Shown here: positions 29,385 through 38,179 of the stretch, one piece after another
How positions within the stretch are numbered: position 1 is the stretch's first letter
Layout of the letters: each line of letters opens with the position of its first letter
Source of the DNA: an uncultured bacterium
Lineage (GTDB): Bacteria > Chloroflexota > Dehalococcoidia > Lucifugimonadales > Lucifugimonadaceae
DNA: 64,000 nt
Reading direction: 5' to 3'
Assembly (NCBI GenBank): GCA_963932695.1
Contig: CAWVRY010000004.1
Coordinates: forward strand, 10,954 to 74,953
Translations under genes and position numbers: made by a program
The notes under the pieces: generated by a model
The model's input: only the letters and a program-made list of their open reading frames with translations
Told to the model about the DNA's origin: nothing
Databases searched by the model: none

Positions 29385-29756
29385 ATGCCAACTTACGTTT
29401 ATAAGTGTGTTGAAAACAAGCATGTTTTCGAATTAATCCAGAAGTTCAGCGATGAGCCAGGTGCCGACTGCCCAACCTGTGGTAGCGAGTCGAAGCGACA
29501 GATATCAGCGCCGACGGTTATCTATAAAGGTTCTGGCTTTTACACCACTGACTACGGTTCAGGATCTTCGCCGGGCACTAAGTCCAACGGCAGCTCTTCG
29601 AGCAGCGATAGCTCATCATCAGACTCTGACTCTTCGAGTTCGACCTCTTCGGAATCGAAATCATCCGACAGTAGCAGCAGTAGTTCGGACAGCAGTTCAA
29701 AATCCGGCGATGGTGGATCTAGTCACTCCCATGGCGCTGGCAGCCACACCCACTAG
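29385..29756 (+). CDS. FmdB-family zinc-ribbon protein with a Ser/Asp-rich, His-terminated tail
   Basis: MPTYVYKC...H.FE....(x)..CP.CG motif, KGSGFYTTDY, then about 60 aa of poly-Ser/Asp ending in SHSHGAGSHTH. Confidence 0.75.
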   Translation: MPTYVYKCVENKHVFELIQKFSDEPGADCPTCGSESKRQISAPTVIYKGSGFYTTDYGSGSSPGTKSNGSSSSSDSSSSDSDSSSSTSSESKSSDSSSSSSDSSSKSGDGGSSHSHGAGSHTH

Positions 29757-29770
29757 GCAGTACGGCCAAA

Positions 29771-30244
29771 ATGCGCGCTGTCATTCAACGAGTAAACCGA
29801 GCTTCAGTCAGCGTCGCTGGCGAAAAAACTGGTTCGATTAAACGTGGTCTTTGTTTACTGATAGGTATCACTCACGACGACACCCAAGACGATCTCAATT
29901 ACATCGTCGACAAGACGCTGAACATGCGAATCTTCCCTGAAGAATCTGGGGATTCAGGATTCGATCAGTCGGTGCAGGACGTAGCTGGCGGGATTCTTTT
30001 GGTCAGCCAGTTTACTCTTTACGCAAGCACCCGCAAAGGCCGACGCCCCGGTTTCATGGATGCAGCTCGTCCCGAGCAAGCAGAGCCGATGTTCAACGAT
30101 CTGGTCGAAGCATTCAAGCTGAACAGCGGCTTACGAGTGGAAACAGGGGTGTTCGGAGCCTCTATGCAGGTCGAAATTGAGAATGCGGGTCCTGTGACGA
30201 TCATCCTAGATTCTGAAGATCGCAACACGTCGCGCCGCAGCTAG
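29771..30244 (+). CDS. dtd: D-aminoacyl-tRNA deacylase
   Basis: 157 aa. MRAVIQRV, SQFTLYA, and GPVT near the C-terminus. Confidence 0.92.
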   Translation: MRAVIQRVNRASVSVAGEKTGSIKRGLCLLIGITHDDTQDDLNYIVDKTLNMRIFPEESGDSGFDQSVQDVAGGILLVSQFTLYASTRKGRRPGFMDAARPEQAEPMFNDLVEAFKLNSGLRVETGVFGASMQVEIENAGPVTIILDSEDRNTSRRS

Positions 30245-30322
30245 ATCTTATTGGGGCGACCAGCTAGCGATCGTGCCTTCACCGACGAAAGGATCTTCTA
30301 GATCGCTTGCGTCGAGCAAGTT

Positions 30323-31183
30323 TTAGGCGTTATTCGTTTCGTAATCGAGAGAAATATCTAACGCTTTCACCGAATGAGTCAGTGCGCCAACCGAAATAAT
30401 ATCAACACCGCTCTGTGCGACTTCTGCAACGTTTTCAAGCGTGACATTCCCTGACGCCTCAACGACGCACTCTGCAGCGATTTGATCAACTGCATTGCGC
30501 ATTTCGGCTGGTGACATGTTGTCGAGCATGACGATATCTGCACCGGCTGCGGCAGCTGCGAGCGCTGCCTCGATCGTTTCCACTTCGACCTCGATCTTCA
30601 CGGTGTGTGGAGCTCTTGCCTTCGCTCGCTTAATCGCTTGGCTTAGGCTCAATCCCTCACCCGACAAAGCAGCGAGGTGGTTGTCCTTTATCAGCACACC
30701 ATCGGTGAGGTTCATTCGGTGATTCCGGCCTCCACCTATTGAGACCGAGTACTTGTCGAGCAATCGCAATCCCGGAGCGGTCTTACGAGTGTCGGCGATA
30801 GACGCTGTGGTGCCATCGACAGCTTGGACGTACTGGTCAGTCAGCGTTGCGATTCCGCTCATGCGCTGTAAGAAGTTCAGGGCGGTCCGCTCGGCAGTAA
30901 GGATCGACGCCATCGAACCGGAAATTGTGGCTACTACTTCGCCATCTTCAACACGATCGCCGTCGAGCCGTTTTTTTGTAAAAACCAAGTCGGGGTTAAC
31001 TCGCTTGAAAGCAGCCGCAGCCACATCGAGTCCAGCGAGAATTCCCGGCTCTTTCGGAATGATCGTAGCACGAGCTTCGAGATGCGAAGGGATTAATGCA
31101 GACGTCGTTACGTCGGCACCAACAGAATCCTCTTCCAGCGCACGGTCAATAAAAATTTCTAGTTCACGTGGAGTTAAGAGCAT
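30323..31183 (-). CDS. nadC: Nicotinate-nucleotide diphosphorylase (carboxylating)
   Basis: 286 aa. TRKT.PGLR, KDNH, IMLDNM, ASG(N)VT and GALTHS blocks. Confidence 0.93.
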   Translation of the reverse strand: MLLTPRELEIFIDRALEEDSVGADVTTSALIPSHLEARATIIPKEPGILAGLDVAAAAFKRVNPDLVFTKKRLDGDRVEDGEVVATISGSMASILTAERTALNFLQRMSGIATLTDQYVQAVDGTTASIADTRKTAPGLRLLDKYSVSIGGGRNHRMNLTDGVLIKDNHLAALSGEGLSLSQAIKRAKARAPHTVKIEVEVETIEAALAAAAAGADIVMLDNMSPAEMRNAVDQIAAECVVEASGNVTLENVAEVAQSGVDIISVGALTHSVKALDISLDYETNNA

Positions 31184-31223
31184 TCTGATCTTCGAAAATT
31201 AGCCGTGATTATTTGATTGAAAA

Positions 31224-32438
31224 CTACCCAGCGACTTCGAGCATGCGCTCGAGTGCCACCAGAGCGTTGCGCCGAGTCTCAGGTTCAACCTCGATACGGT
31301 TGATTGCCAGACCAGCCATGATGCCTTCGAGCACCCACAGCACGTATGCCGGGTGGATTCGGTACATGGTTGCACATGGGCAAACTACCGGATCAAGACA
31401 GAAAATATCCTTATCGGGATTCTCAGCAGCCAATCGGCGAACCATGCTGATCTCGGTTCCAACTCCCCAAGACGAACCCGCAGGTGCATTTGAGATGGTT
31501 TCGAGAATTAGCTCAGTTGAGCCGTACATATCGGCTGCCGCAACGACTTCCTGAGTGCACTCGGGGTGAACGATAATCGTCGTATCCGAATTTCGTTCTT
31601 TAGCCGCCTTGATCTGGTCGACCGTAAAGCGGGTGTGAACTGAGCAGTGACCCTGCCAAAGCAGCACTTTGGCGTTCTTGATTTCGTCATCTGAAAGACC
31701 ACCCATCGGCAGGAACGGATTCCAGAGAGCCATCTCGTCTTCCGAAATGCCCTTTGCGATTGCGGTGTTCCGACCAAGATGCTGATCAGGAAGGAACAAT
31801 ATTTTTTCGCCTCGTTCCAGCGCCCAGTCGAATGCTTTATCGGCGTTCGAAGATGTGCAGACGAGTCCGCCGTTCTTGCCGCAGTGAGCTTTGATCGCTG
31901 CTGCAGAGTTCATATAAGTGATCGGGATTACGCTCTCGGTTGAACCGAGAACAGATTCGATGTCATCCCAGCAATCGGTGACGTCGGATGACTTTGCCAT
32001 GTCGGCCATCGAGCAACCCGCAGCCATGTTCGGCAATAGAACGTTCTGGTCAGGCGACGTCAGAATGTCGGCGGTCTCAGCCATGAAATGAACGCCACAG
32101 AAAATAATCCACTTGGCGTCTTTGGTCTCGGCAGCCATTTTCGACAGCTTGTAGGAGTCGCCAGTGAAGTCGGCGTACTTAATCACATCATCGCGCTGAT
32201 AGTGATGACCCAGAATAACTGCTTTGGTGCCGATTTCGTTTCGAGCGAATTCGATACCTTCGGCGATTTCCTCAGGAGTTAGTTTCAAGTAGCGAGTTGG
32301 TACTTTCTGCCAACGCACGCCAGCCTGAAATTCCTCTTCAAGGGTCTTTGTTCGCAGGTTGCCATCAGTCTGGCAAAAAGCCGACTGTTCCAATTCCGTA
32401 ATCGGAATCGTTGTCTGCCTTGTGAACGCAGTCGTCAT
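31224..32438 (-). CDS. nadA: Quinolinate synthase
   Basis: 404 aa. ILGHHYQ, FCGVHFMAE, SMADMA and IIVHPEC blocks of long-form NadA. Confidence 0.9.
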   Translation of the reverse strand: MTTAFTRQTTIPITELEQSAFCQTDGNLRTKTLEEEFQAGVRWQKVPTRYLKLTPEEIAEGIEFARNEIGTKAVILGHHYQRDDVIKYADFTGDSYKLSKMAAETKDAKWIIFCGVHFMAETADILTSPDQNVLLPNMAAGCSMADMAKSSDVTDCWDDIESVLGSTESVIPITYMNSAAAIKAHCGKNGGLVCTSSNADKAFDWALERGEKILFLPDQHLGRNTAIAKGISEDEMALWNPFLPMGGLSDDEIKNAKVLLWQGHCSVHTRFTVDQIKAAKERNSDTTIIVHPECTQEVVAAADMYGSTELILETISNAPAGSSWGVGTEISMVRRLAAENPDKDIFCLDPVVCPCATMYRIHPAYVLWVLEGIMAGLAINRIEVEPETRRNALVALERMLEVAG

Positions 32439-33775
32439 ACGACCGGTACCTTTTCCTTATTTGCCGTGGTGATGGCCGAAGATGAAACCAACTCCGACTC
32501 TAGAGACCACGGTGAACTATCAGTTATTTCAACTTGAACAGTTTGCCCTGGCTGAGGCTCGGGCATGCTGCCTTCGACTCGGGCGTTTAAGTAGATTAGT
32601 TTATCGCCTCTGCTACGACCGTGCACCCTGCCCCGCTTGCGACCTTCGATAAGTACATCGAACTGAGTTCCAACTAAAAGAGCGTTATTTCTGGCCTGAA
32701 CTACCTGTTGAAACTCGTCGACAACGACTTTTCTCGCCTTCTTCACTGACCTCGTAACGTCGTCGTTCATCTTACGAGATGCGAACGTACCTTCACGATA
32801 TGAGTATTCAGACGTGTGAACCTTCGAAAATTCAACGGATCGAAGAACATCCATTGAACCCTCAAACTGAGCATCAGTTTCGCCACTGAAGCCAACAATG
32901 AGATCGGTGGTTAATGTGACGTTGGGGATAATGTCTTTGATCTGGGCAATTTTGTCGAGGAACTGTCCGATCGTGTATCCCCTCCGCATGTTCGCCAGCA
33001 TCGTGTCGTCTCCTGCTTGGAACGGCAGGTTGACCATCTCGCAAACCTTTGGAAGATCTCGAATCGCTTCGATTATTCGCAACGACATATCGTTCGGGTG
33101 CGAAGTCATAAACCTGATTCGTTCGAGACCGTTGATTTCATGAACCTTCTCGAACAAATCGGCTAGATCGATTCGTGGCCGAATGTCGTGACCATACGAA
33201 TCAACGTTCTGGCCGAGCAGAGTGATGTCTTTTACGCCACGGTCAACCATCATCTCGGCGTCATGAACGATATCGGCAGCCGATCGACTGGTTTCTCGTC
33301 CTCGGCGATAAGGGATGATGCAGAAAGTACAGAATTTGTCGCAGCCGTGAACAATAGGGATGAAGGAAGCTACGTTAGGATTTTCAGGAATTGCTCCAGC
33401 AAGGCATCCTTCAGGATCTAGCCCGTGCTTCATGCCAGCAGTTTCGAGGATTGGCTCGAATTCCTGAGGTCGTGCCCAAACATCAACATACGGGAAGCGG
33501 CGCTTCAGTTCTGTTTGCTCTGGACCAACCATGCAACCCATCACAGCGATCATACGATCGTCGTTGCCCTTTGTTCGCTTACCGAGGCGCCCCAACACGC
33601 CTGTTGCAGAGTCTTCGGCAGACTGCCGAACTACACAAGTGTTCAACACAACCACATCGGCGTTCGCCATGTCGTCGGTCGAATCGAATCCCATATTTGA
33701 GAATCCGCTGGACAGACGATCAGAATCAGATGTATTCATCTGACAACCAACGGTCCATACGTGATAGCTAGGCAT
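32435..33775 (-). CDS. miaB: tRNA-2-methylthio-N6-dimethylallyladenosine synthase (radical SAM methylthiotransferase)
   Basis: 446 aa. N-terminal VWTVGCQMN, radical-SAM CDKFCTFCIIP, and a C-terminal TRAM-like region. Its stop overlaps the nadA start (ATGA). Confidence 0.9.
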   Translation of the reverse strand: MPSYHVWTVGCQMNTSDSDRLSSGFSNMGFDSTDDMANADVVVLNTCVVRQSAEDSATGVLGRLGKRTKGNDDRMIAVMGCMVGPEQTELKRRFPYVDVWARPQEFEPILETAGMKHGLDPEGCLAGAIPENPNVASFIPIVHGCDKFCTFCIIPYRRGRETSRSAADIVHDAEMMVDRGVKDITLLGQNVDSYGHDIRPRIDLADLFEKVHEINGLERIRFMTSHPNDMSLRIIEAIRDLPKVCEMVNLPFQAGDDTMLANMRRGYTIGQFLDKIAQIKDIIPNVTLTTDLIVGFSGETDAQFEGSMDVLRSVEFSKVHTSEYSYREGTFASRKMNDDVTRSVKKARKVVVDEFQQVVQARNNALLVGTQFDVLIEGRKRGRVHGRSRGDKLIYLNARVEGSMPEPQPGQTVQVEITDSSPWSLESELVSSSAITTANKEKVPVV

Positions 33776-34041
33776 TATTTAGGCTGTTAGGGTGGTCGAT
33801 ATTCTGACTATTGGCTTTTGTGCCCGACCAGCAAGAGTTCGACTTTGTGATTTATTAATTCAACGGTAGACGGATAAGGATATCTCTACTACCGACCACA
33901 CACAAAGCGCGAAGTTAAAATACCCGGTGGAGGGTATCATCTATTGGCGATATCGACCTAGCAGCGCGAGCGGTTTCTACTAGATATCACGAACGTAGCG
34001 AATAACTTCCAAACAGAGCAGCGAGAGGAGTAGCTGAACCA

Positions 34042-34881
34042 GTGCCAGAACAAGTAAATGTAGGACTGATCGGGTGCGGATCGATGGGATCCGAGCTAGC
34101 CAGAGCAGTTCATCGGGGTGAAGCAGGCTCGGCGCGAATCATCGGTCTGTTCGACGAATATCAACCCGGCAGACAAGCGCTTGCCAAAGAACTCAGCACC
34201 GGAAATGCTCATAAGCCAGCTCAAGTCGAAACAGTTGCAGAACTCGTAAATCTCCCGAATATCGATCTCGTCATCGAATGTGCGTCGCAAGCTGCCGTCG
34301 TCGCTCACGCCGAAACCGTGCTCAGTTCTGGTACTTCGATGCTCGTAATGAGCTCTGGAGCGATGATTTCGCCCGACTTCATGCGAACTGTATCTGCCGA
34401 CGCCGCGAAGTCAGGTGCATCTATCTACATTCCTTCTGGTGCGGTTGGAGGCATCGACGCGCTTCGAGCTTCAAAGTCATTACTCGAAGAAGTAACAATC
34501 GTTTCTACAAAGAAGCCGATCTCGCTGAGCGGAGCGCCCGGTTTCGCTGATTGGGAAGAGAAAAAAATCACCGAGGCAACAGTAATTTTCGAAGGATCAG
34601 CGGCTGATGCGGTTGGACTGTTCCCAGCGAACGTGAACGTCGCTGCAACCGTCAGCATGGCGGGAATCGGACCTGACGCAACGAAGGTTCGTATAGTCGC
34701 CGATCCTGACTCGCCGGGCAACGTCCACGAGATCAACGCCGTTAGCAAGGCAGGTAAGTTCTCGTTCCGCTTCGAAAATATGCCGCATGAGACGAATCCA
34801 AAAACCAGCTTCTTGGCGGTTCTGTCAGCCATCGAAACGTTACGTTCGATCTGCGAACCAGGTCTACGCATCGGAACTTAG
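34042..34881 (+). CDS. nadX: L-aspartate dehydrogenase
   Basis: 279 aa, GTG start. GLIGCGSMG Rossmann motif, FPANVNVAA, ADP..PGNVHEI and NPKTS blocks typical of NadX (DUF108 family). Confidence 0.87.
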   Translation: MPEQVNVGLIGCGSMGSELARAVHRGEAGSARIIGLFDEYQPGRQALAKELSTGNAHKPAQVETVAELVNLPNIDLVIECASQAAVVAHAETVLSSGTSMLVMSSGAMISPDFMRTVSADAAKSGASIYIPSGAVGGIDALRASKSLLEEVTIVSTKKPISLSGAPGFADWEEKKITEATVIFEGSAADAVGLFPANVNVAATVSMAGIGPDATKVRIVADPDSPGNVHEINAVSKAGKFSFRFENMPHETNPKTSFLAVLSAIETLRSICEPGLRIGT

Positions 34882-34945
34882 GGTTCCCCTGAACGCGCAC
34901 ATCTTCATCCCGAAAACGCACACCATCAGTCCGAATTCCCCCGCC

Positions 34946-34969
34946 GTCATCCTGAACTTGGTTCAGGAC
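34946..34969. repeat. Palindromic intergenic repeat module (GTCATCCTGAAC..GTTCAGGAC type)
   Basis: gtcatcctgaacttggttcaggac. An 8-bp inverted repeat TCCTGAAC/GTTCAGGA. A related GTCATCC(C/T)GA(A/C)C module occurs at 60132. Confidence 0.6.
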
Positions 34970-35023
34970 CTCGTGCAACCTGGATTAACGTTTTTAACGG
35001 GACATCCCAATTTTGCCACCAAA

Positions 35024-35055
35024 CGTGATTGCCACGGCGTCGGAAACCTCGCAAT
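35024..35055. repeat. Palindromic intergenic repeat module (GATTGC...GCAATGAC type)
   Basis: gattgccacggcgtcggaaacctcgcaatgac, with ATTGC/GCAAT arms. It lies in the same non-coding island as the other modules. Confidence 0.45.
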
Positions 35056-35140
35056 GACAGGCGTGGCTTCTCTCTCGGGAGGGACTGTGGGTCACATCGC
35101 AAACATGTGCGACAAAATGTGAAGTTAGCAGGGAGTTACC

Positions 35141-35206
35141 GGTCCTCCCCCGGACAGGGGGAGTTAGAGGGGGAGATTGCGACGAGCGACCAAGTCGTCC
35201 GACGAC
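35141..35206. repeat. Dispersed repeat copy A1 (G/C hairpin + TTAGAGGG + GCGACG tail)
   Basis: ggtcCTCCCCCggacaGGGGGAGttagagggggagattgcgacgagcgaccaagtcgtccgacgac. It aligns along its length with 47361-47440. Confidence 0.7.
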
Positions 35207-35230
35207 GCCCGAAGCACAACGAAGTTAAAA

Positions 35231-35321
35231 TGGCGGAGGGTGCGGGATTCGAACCCGCGAGAAGGTTTACCCCTCAACCCGCTTAGCAGGCGGGCGCACT
35301 AGGCCACTATGCGAACCCTCC
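35231..35321 (-). tRNA. tRNA-Ser (anticodon GCU), type II with a long variable arm, CCA encoded
   Basis: The reverse complement folds as a cloverleaf. Acceptor GGAGGGT/ACCCTCC; anticodon stem CCCGC/GCGGG with loop CUGCUAA (GCU); a 19-nt variable arm; T-arm GCGGG-TTCGAAT-CCCGC; discriminator G; CCA. Confidence 0.93.
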
Positions 35322-35445
35322 GCGGAAGATGTGCCAGTGCGAACTAATTCAATATATCTTCACACTCCTTGATCGGCAAAGGAGTTATGCATGAATCTTT
35401 TGATATATCGAACCAAATTATCAAGCGTTTCGACGAGCCGATTTC

Positions 35446-36231
35446 TTATTTGATCAGCCGACGCCTTAAAAGGTAGATCGCAACCGGCCAAATAACCGCC
35501 GTAAGGGCAATCATGTACAGCGCTGCCCAAAGGTGGGTGATGTTGAGATCTGCGAGTGCGAACCCTCGTGCAATATGCACTGCGGAGGTAAGCGGCATGA
35601 ACCATGCGACCGGCTCCACCCAATCGGGAAGTATCGATATTGGGAAGAATGAGCCTGAGAAGAAGAACATTGGCGATGCGACCAACGTGAAAACAAGAGT
35701 CAGGAACGTTGTGTGTGGTGCCACCGCAGAGAACAAGAATCCGAGTGCGCCGAACGTAATTCCAACCATTATCGCCGGAATAATTATTCCGATCGCTTCC
35801 CAATGATTCAGCCAACCGAACAACGCCGCGACTGTCGCTGTGCCTACCACGGTCATGATCGATCTGGTGACCGCCCACAAAATATCGCCCATAGTGATTT
35901 CGGTGATAGTAATAGGTGTTGTCAGCGCTGTTTCATATACGTCGTTGTCGATTCGGTTGTACGCGTTCCACGACGTCTCAAAGAGCGCATGAAACATCGC
36001 GTTTCCCATAATTAACCCAGGAGTTACGAACTCAGCGTAAGAAGGAGCACCATCGACTTCGTCGATAAGCTTGCCCACACCGAACCCGACGGCCACGAGA
36101 ATGATGACCGGTTCGATTAGAACCCATGTGATCACGAACTTCCAATATCGAACAAACGATACGGCGTGGCGAAGCCAAAGTCCGGTGACGCTCCTACGGC
36201 GAATACCAGGGGTTGGAATTGCGAGGCTCAC
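35446..36231 (-). CDS. ABC-2 type transporter permease (NodJ/DrrB-like)
   Basis: 261 aa with about 6 TM segments. Its start overlaps the stop of the upstream ATPase gene by 1 nt. Confidence 0.8.
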   Translation of the reverse strand: MSLAIPTPGIRRRSVTGLWLRHAVSFVRYWKFVITWVLIEPVIILVAVGFGVGKLIDEVDGAPSYAEFVTPGLIMGNAMFHALFETSWNAYNRIDNDVYETALTTPITITEITMGDILWAVTRSIMTVVGTATVAALFGWLNHWEAIGIIIPAIMVGITFGALGFLFSAVAPHTTFLTLVFTLVASPMFFFSGSFFPISILPDWVEPVAWFMPLTSAVHIARGFALADLNITHLWAALYMIALTAVIWPVAIYLLRRRLIK

Positions 36232-37199
36232 TATCCGTCTCTCAGTTCTCGTCCTGTTATCGCAAGGAACACATCTTCTAAATTGCCGGCACGATACGAA
36301 GTTCGTACGCCTTCAACTTCATTGAGACCAGAAAGATCGGGACGATGGCCGTTTACGCCCGTCACGCTGATCAAGGCTCCAACTTCTCTGAACGTAATAT
36401 TCTGTTCCGTCAGATATCCCCGAACCGTGCGTATAGAAACTGGGGATACTCGTAACTGCGCTACTTCTTTCGGTGCATGGCGTTCGATCATTTGATCAGG
36501 CGTGCCCTCATCGAGGATTTTTCCGTTGTCCATGATCGAAAGCCGATCGCACAGAATGGTCGCCTCTTCCATGTAGTGAGTCGACAAAAGCACAGTCACA
36601 CCGGCGTCCTTGAGAACAGCCAGCTCTTCCCAAACCCGGTTTCGACTCTGTGGATCGAGTCCGGTCGATGGTTCGTCCATCACGATCACGCTCGGACTCG
36701 TCATCATTGAACGCGCAATCGCTAATCGACGTTTCATGCCACCAGAAAGTTCGTAGACGTTTGCCTTAGACCTATCTCGTAGTCCGAAAAACTCAAGCAC
36801 TTCATGCGCTCGATTCTTTGAATCTTTTCTAGAAAGACCAGCTAGGAACCCGTGAAGAAAAAGATTTTGAAATACGGTTAGACCACCATCGAGTCCATCG
36901 TGCTGAGTCACAACGCCCATAACCTCACGAACCGCTCTGTTGTCTTTCACAACATCGATGCCAGACACGATGATCGCTCCCGAGTTCGCAGGAGACAGTC
37001 CGGCAAGCATGCGCATGGTGGTTGTTTTACCTGCTCCGTTCGGACCCAGAAGGCCGTAAGTTTCACCGGGTTCTACCGCGAATGAAATGCCATCGACTGC
37101 CGGAACATCGCCATAGAGCTTACGGATCTCATCAGCCTTAATCACCGAACCATCGGGATTTAGCGTGGCCTCTCTATTCTGTTGCGTTTCGTTGGTCAA
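36231..37199 (-). CDS. ABC transporter ATP-binding protein (NodI/DrrA-like)
   Basis: 322 aa. Walker A GPNGAGKTT, signature LSGGMKRR, Walker B VIVMDEPSTGLD. Confidence 0.9.
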   Translation of the reverse strand: MTNETQQNREATLNPDGSVIKADEIRKLYGDVPAVDGISFAVEPGETYGLLGPNGAGKTTTMRMLAGLSPANSGAIIVSGIDVVKDNRAVREVMGVVTQHDGLDGGLTVFQNLFLHGFLAGLSRKDSKNRAHEVLEFFGLRDRSKANVYELSGGMKRRLAIARSMMTSPSVIVMDEPSTGLDPQSRNRVWEELAVLKDAGVTVLLSTHYMEEATILCDRLSIMDNGKILDEGTPDQMIERHAPKEVAQLRVSPVSIRTVRGYLTEQNITFREVGALISVTGVNGHRPDLSGLNEVEGVRTSYRAGNLEDVFLAITGRELRDG

Positions 37200-37264
37200 A
37201 TTGCCTCTTCAAGCACGAGTCAGCGTAATGCAATCAAATTCGCACGGTTCATTACCAGAGTGAG

Positions 37265-37990
37265 CTAGTCGCCCGACTCCGCAGGATTTCCAGCACCCGG
37301 TGTCTCACCAATCCACACTTCTCCGCCTACAAAGAGTTCTTTCTTCCATACTGGAACGATCTCTTTTAGACGATCGACGAAGTACAAAGCCGATTCGAAA
37401 GCTGGCCGCCTATGAGCCGATCCAACGGCAACGACCATGCTCGTTTCGCCAATATCGACTCTGCCCGTGCGGTGGGCGATAGCGATTTTCCCCAATTCCC
37501 ACTTTGCGCGCATTTCGACAATGATCTCGGCGATCTTATTTTCGGCCATCGGCTGGTAAGCCTCGTAGTCGAGATACTCGACGTTCCTACCCTCGTTATG
37601 GTCGCGAGTGACTCCTAAGAAAGTAACAACAGCACCGTCGATGCCGGTTGTAACGAACTCCGTGAGTGGCTTTTCTTCAAGATTGTTGGGAGTGATGAAC
37701 ACCCAGTCTGAATCTGTCTTGATATCGCCTGTGCCACCACTTACAGGCGGAATAAGTGCGATCTCGTCTCCGGCGTTCACAAGCTTATCGCCGTTTACGT
37801 ACTCACTATTGAGCGCCAGCATCACACTAGTTCCCGGTTGAGGATCTTTCGGTGCCGCTTGTCGGGCCGCAATCACAGCGTCGTCGACGGTCATGCCCTC
37901 TGTCACCGGGATACTAACGATCCGAGTTCCGGCTCGTTCGCGCAGTACGGCGAAGAATAGAACTGATATTTGTTGGTCGGAATTAGTCAA
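37265..37990 (-). CDS. Molybdopterin synthase MoaD-MoaE fusion protein
   Basis: 241 aa. The N-terminal ~86 aa are ThiS/MoaD-like and end in IPPVSGG. The remainder is MoaE-like (GAVVTFLG.TR..., YEAY..MA, GE.S..VAV...HR..AF, IVPVWKKE). Confidence 0.85.
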   Translation of the reverse strand: MTNSDQQISVLFFAVLRERAGTRIVSIPVTEGMTVDDAVIAARQAAPKDPQPGTSVMLALNSEYVNGDKLVNAGDEIALIPPVSGGTGDIKTDSDWVFITPNNLEEKPLTEFVTTGIDGAVVTFLGVTRDHNEGRNVEYLDYEAYQPMAENKIAEIIVEMRAKWELGKIAIAHRTGRVDIGETSMVVAVGSAHRRPAFESALYFVDRLKEIVPVWKKELFVGGEVWIGETPGAGNPAESGD

Positions 37991-38179
37991 AGAAGTTCGC
38001 CAGAGAGTCGTTGCCTATTGATCGGCGGTAGATGCATCTCAGGTTACTGCCGAACACGCCCTACTGGGTACTAACCGCGCCACCAGAAGTAGTTAGGTTT
38101 AGCCGCAACTCAAATATGCGGCCTAGCATTTTGAGTATCTGATTCGAATCAGTATGAAGGATTAATATAAGGAAAAAAC

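Noticed and set aside
34787-35286. Plus-strand ORFs 34787..35122 and 35029..35286 in the nadX-tRNA gap. I also considered an integrated element at the tRNA.
   Set aside because: The ORFs are translations of palindromic repeat modules (VILNLVQDL, LAMT, PGQGELEGE-type peptides), and the second runs into the tRNA. No integrase, excisionase or direct repeat of the tRNA 3' end is visible.
35231-35321. A long-variable-arm tRNA in a selA-containing window. I considered tRNA-Sec (selC).
   Set aside because: The anticodon loop reads CUGCUAA (anticodon GCU, not UCA). The acceptor/T arrangement is the ordinary 7/5, and the discriminator is G. It is tRNA-Ser.
37991-38179. A possible Moco riboswitch upstream of the MoaD-MoaE gene.
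   Set aside because: No recognisable Moco-motif conserved blocks by eye. The region is only 189 nt and is shared with a divergent promoter. This remains unverifiable without Infernal/Rfam.
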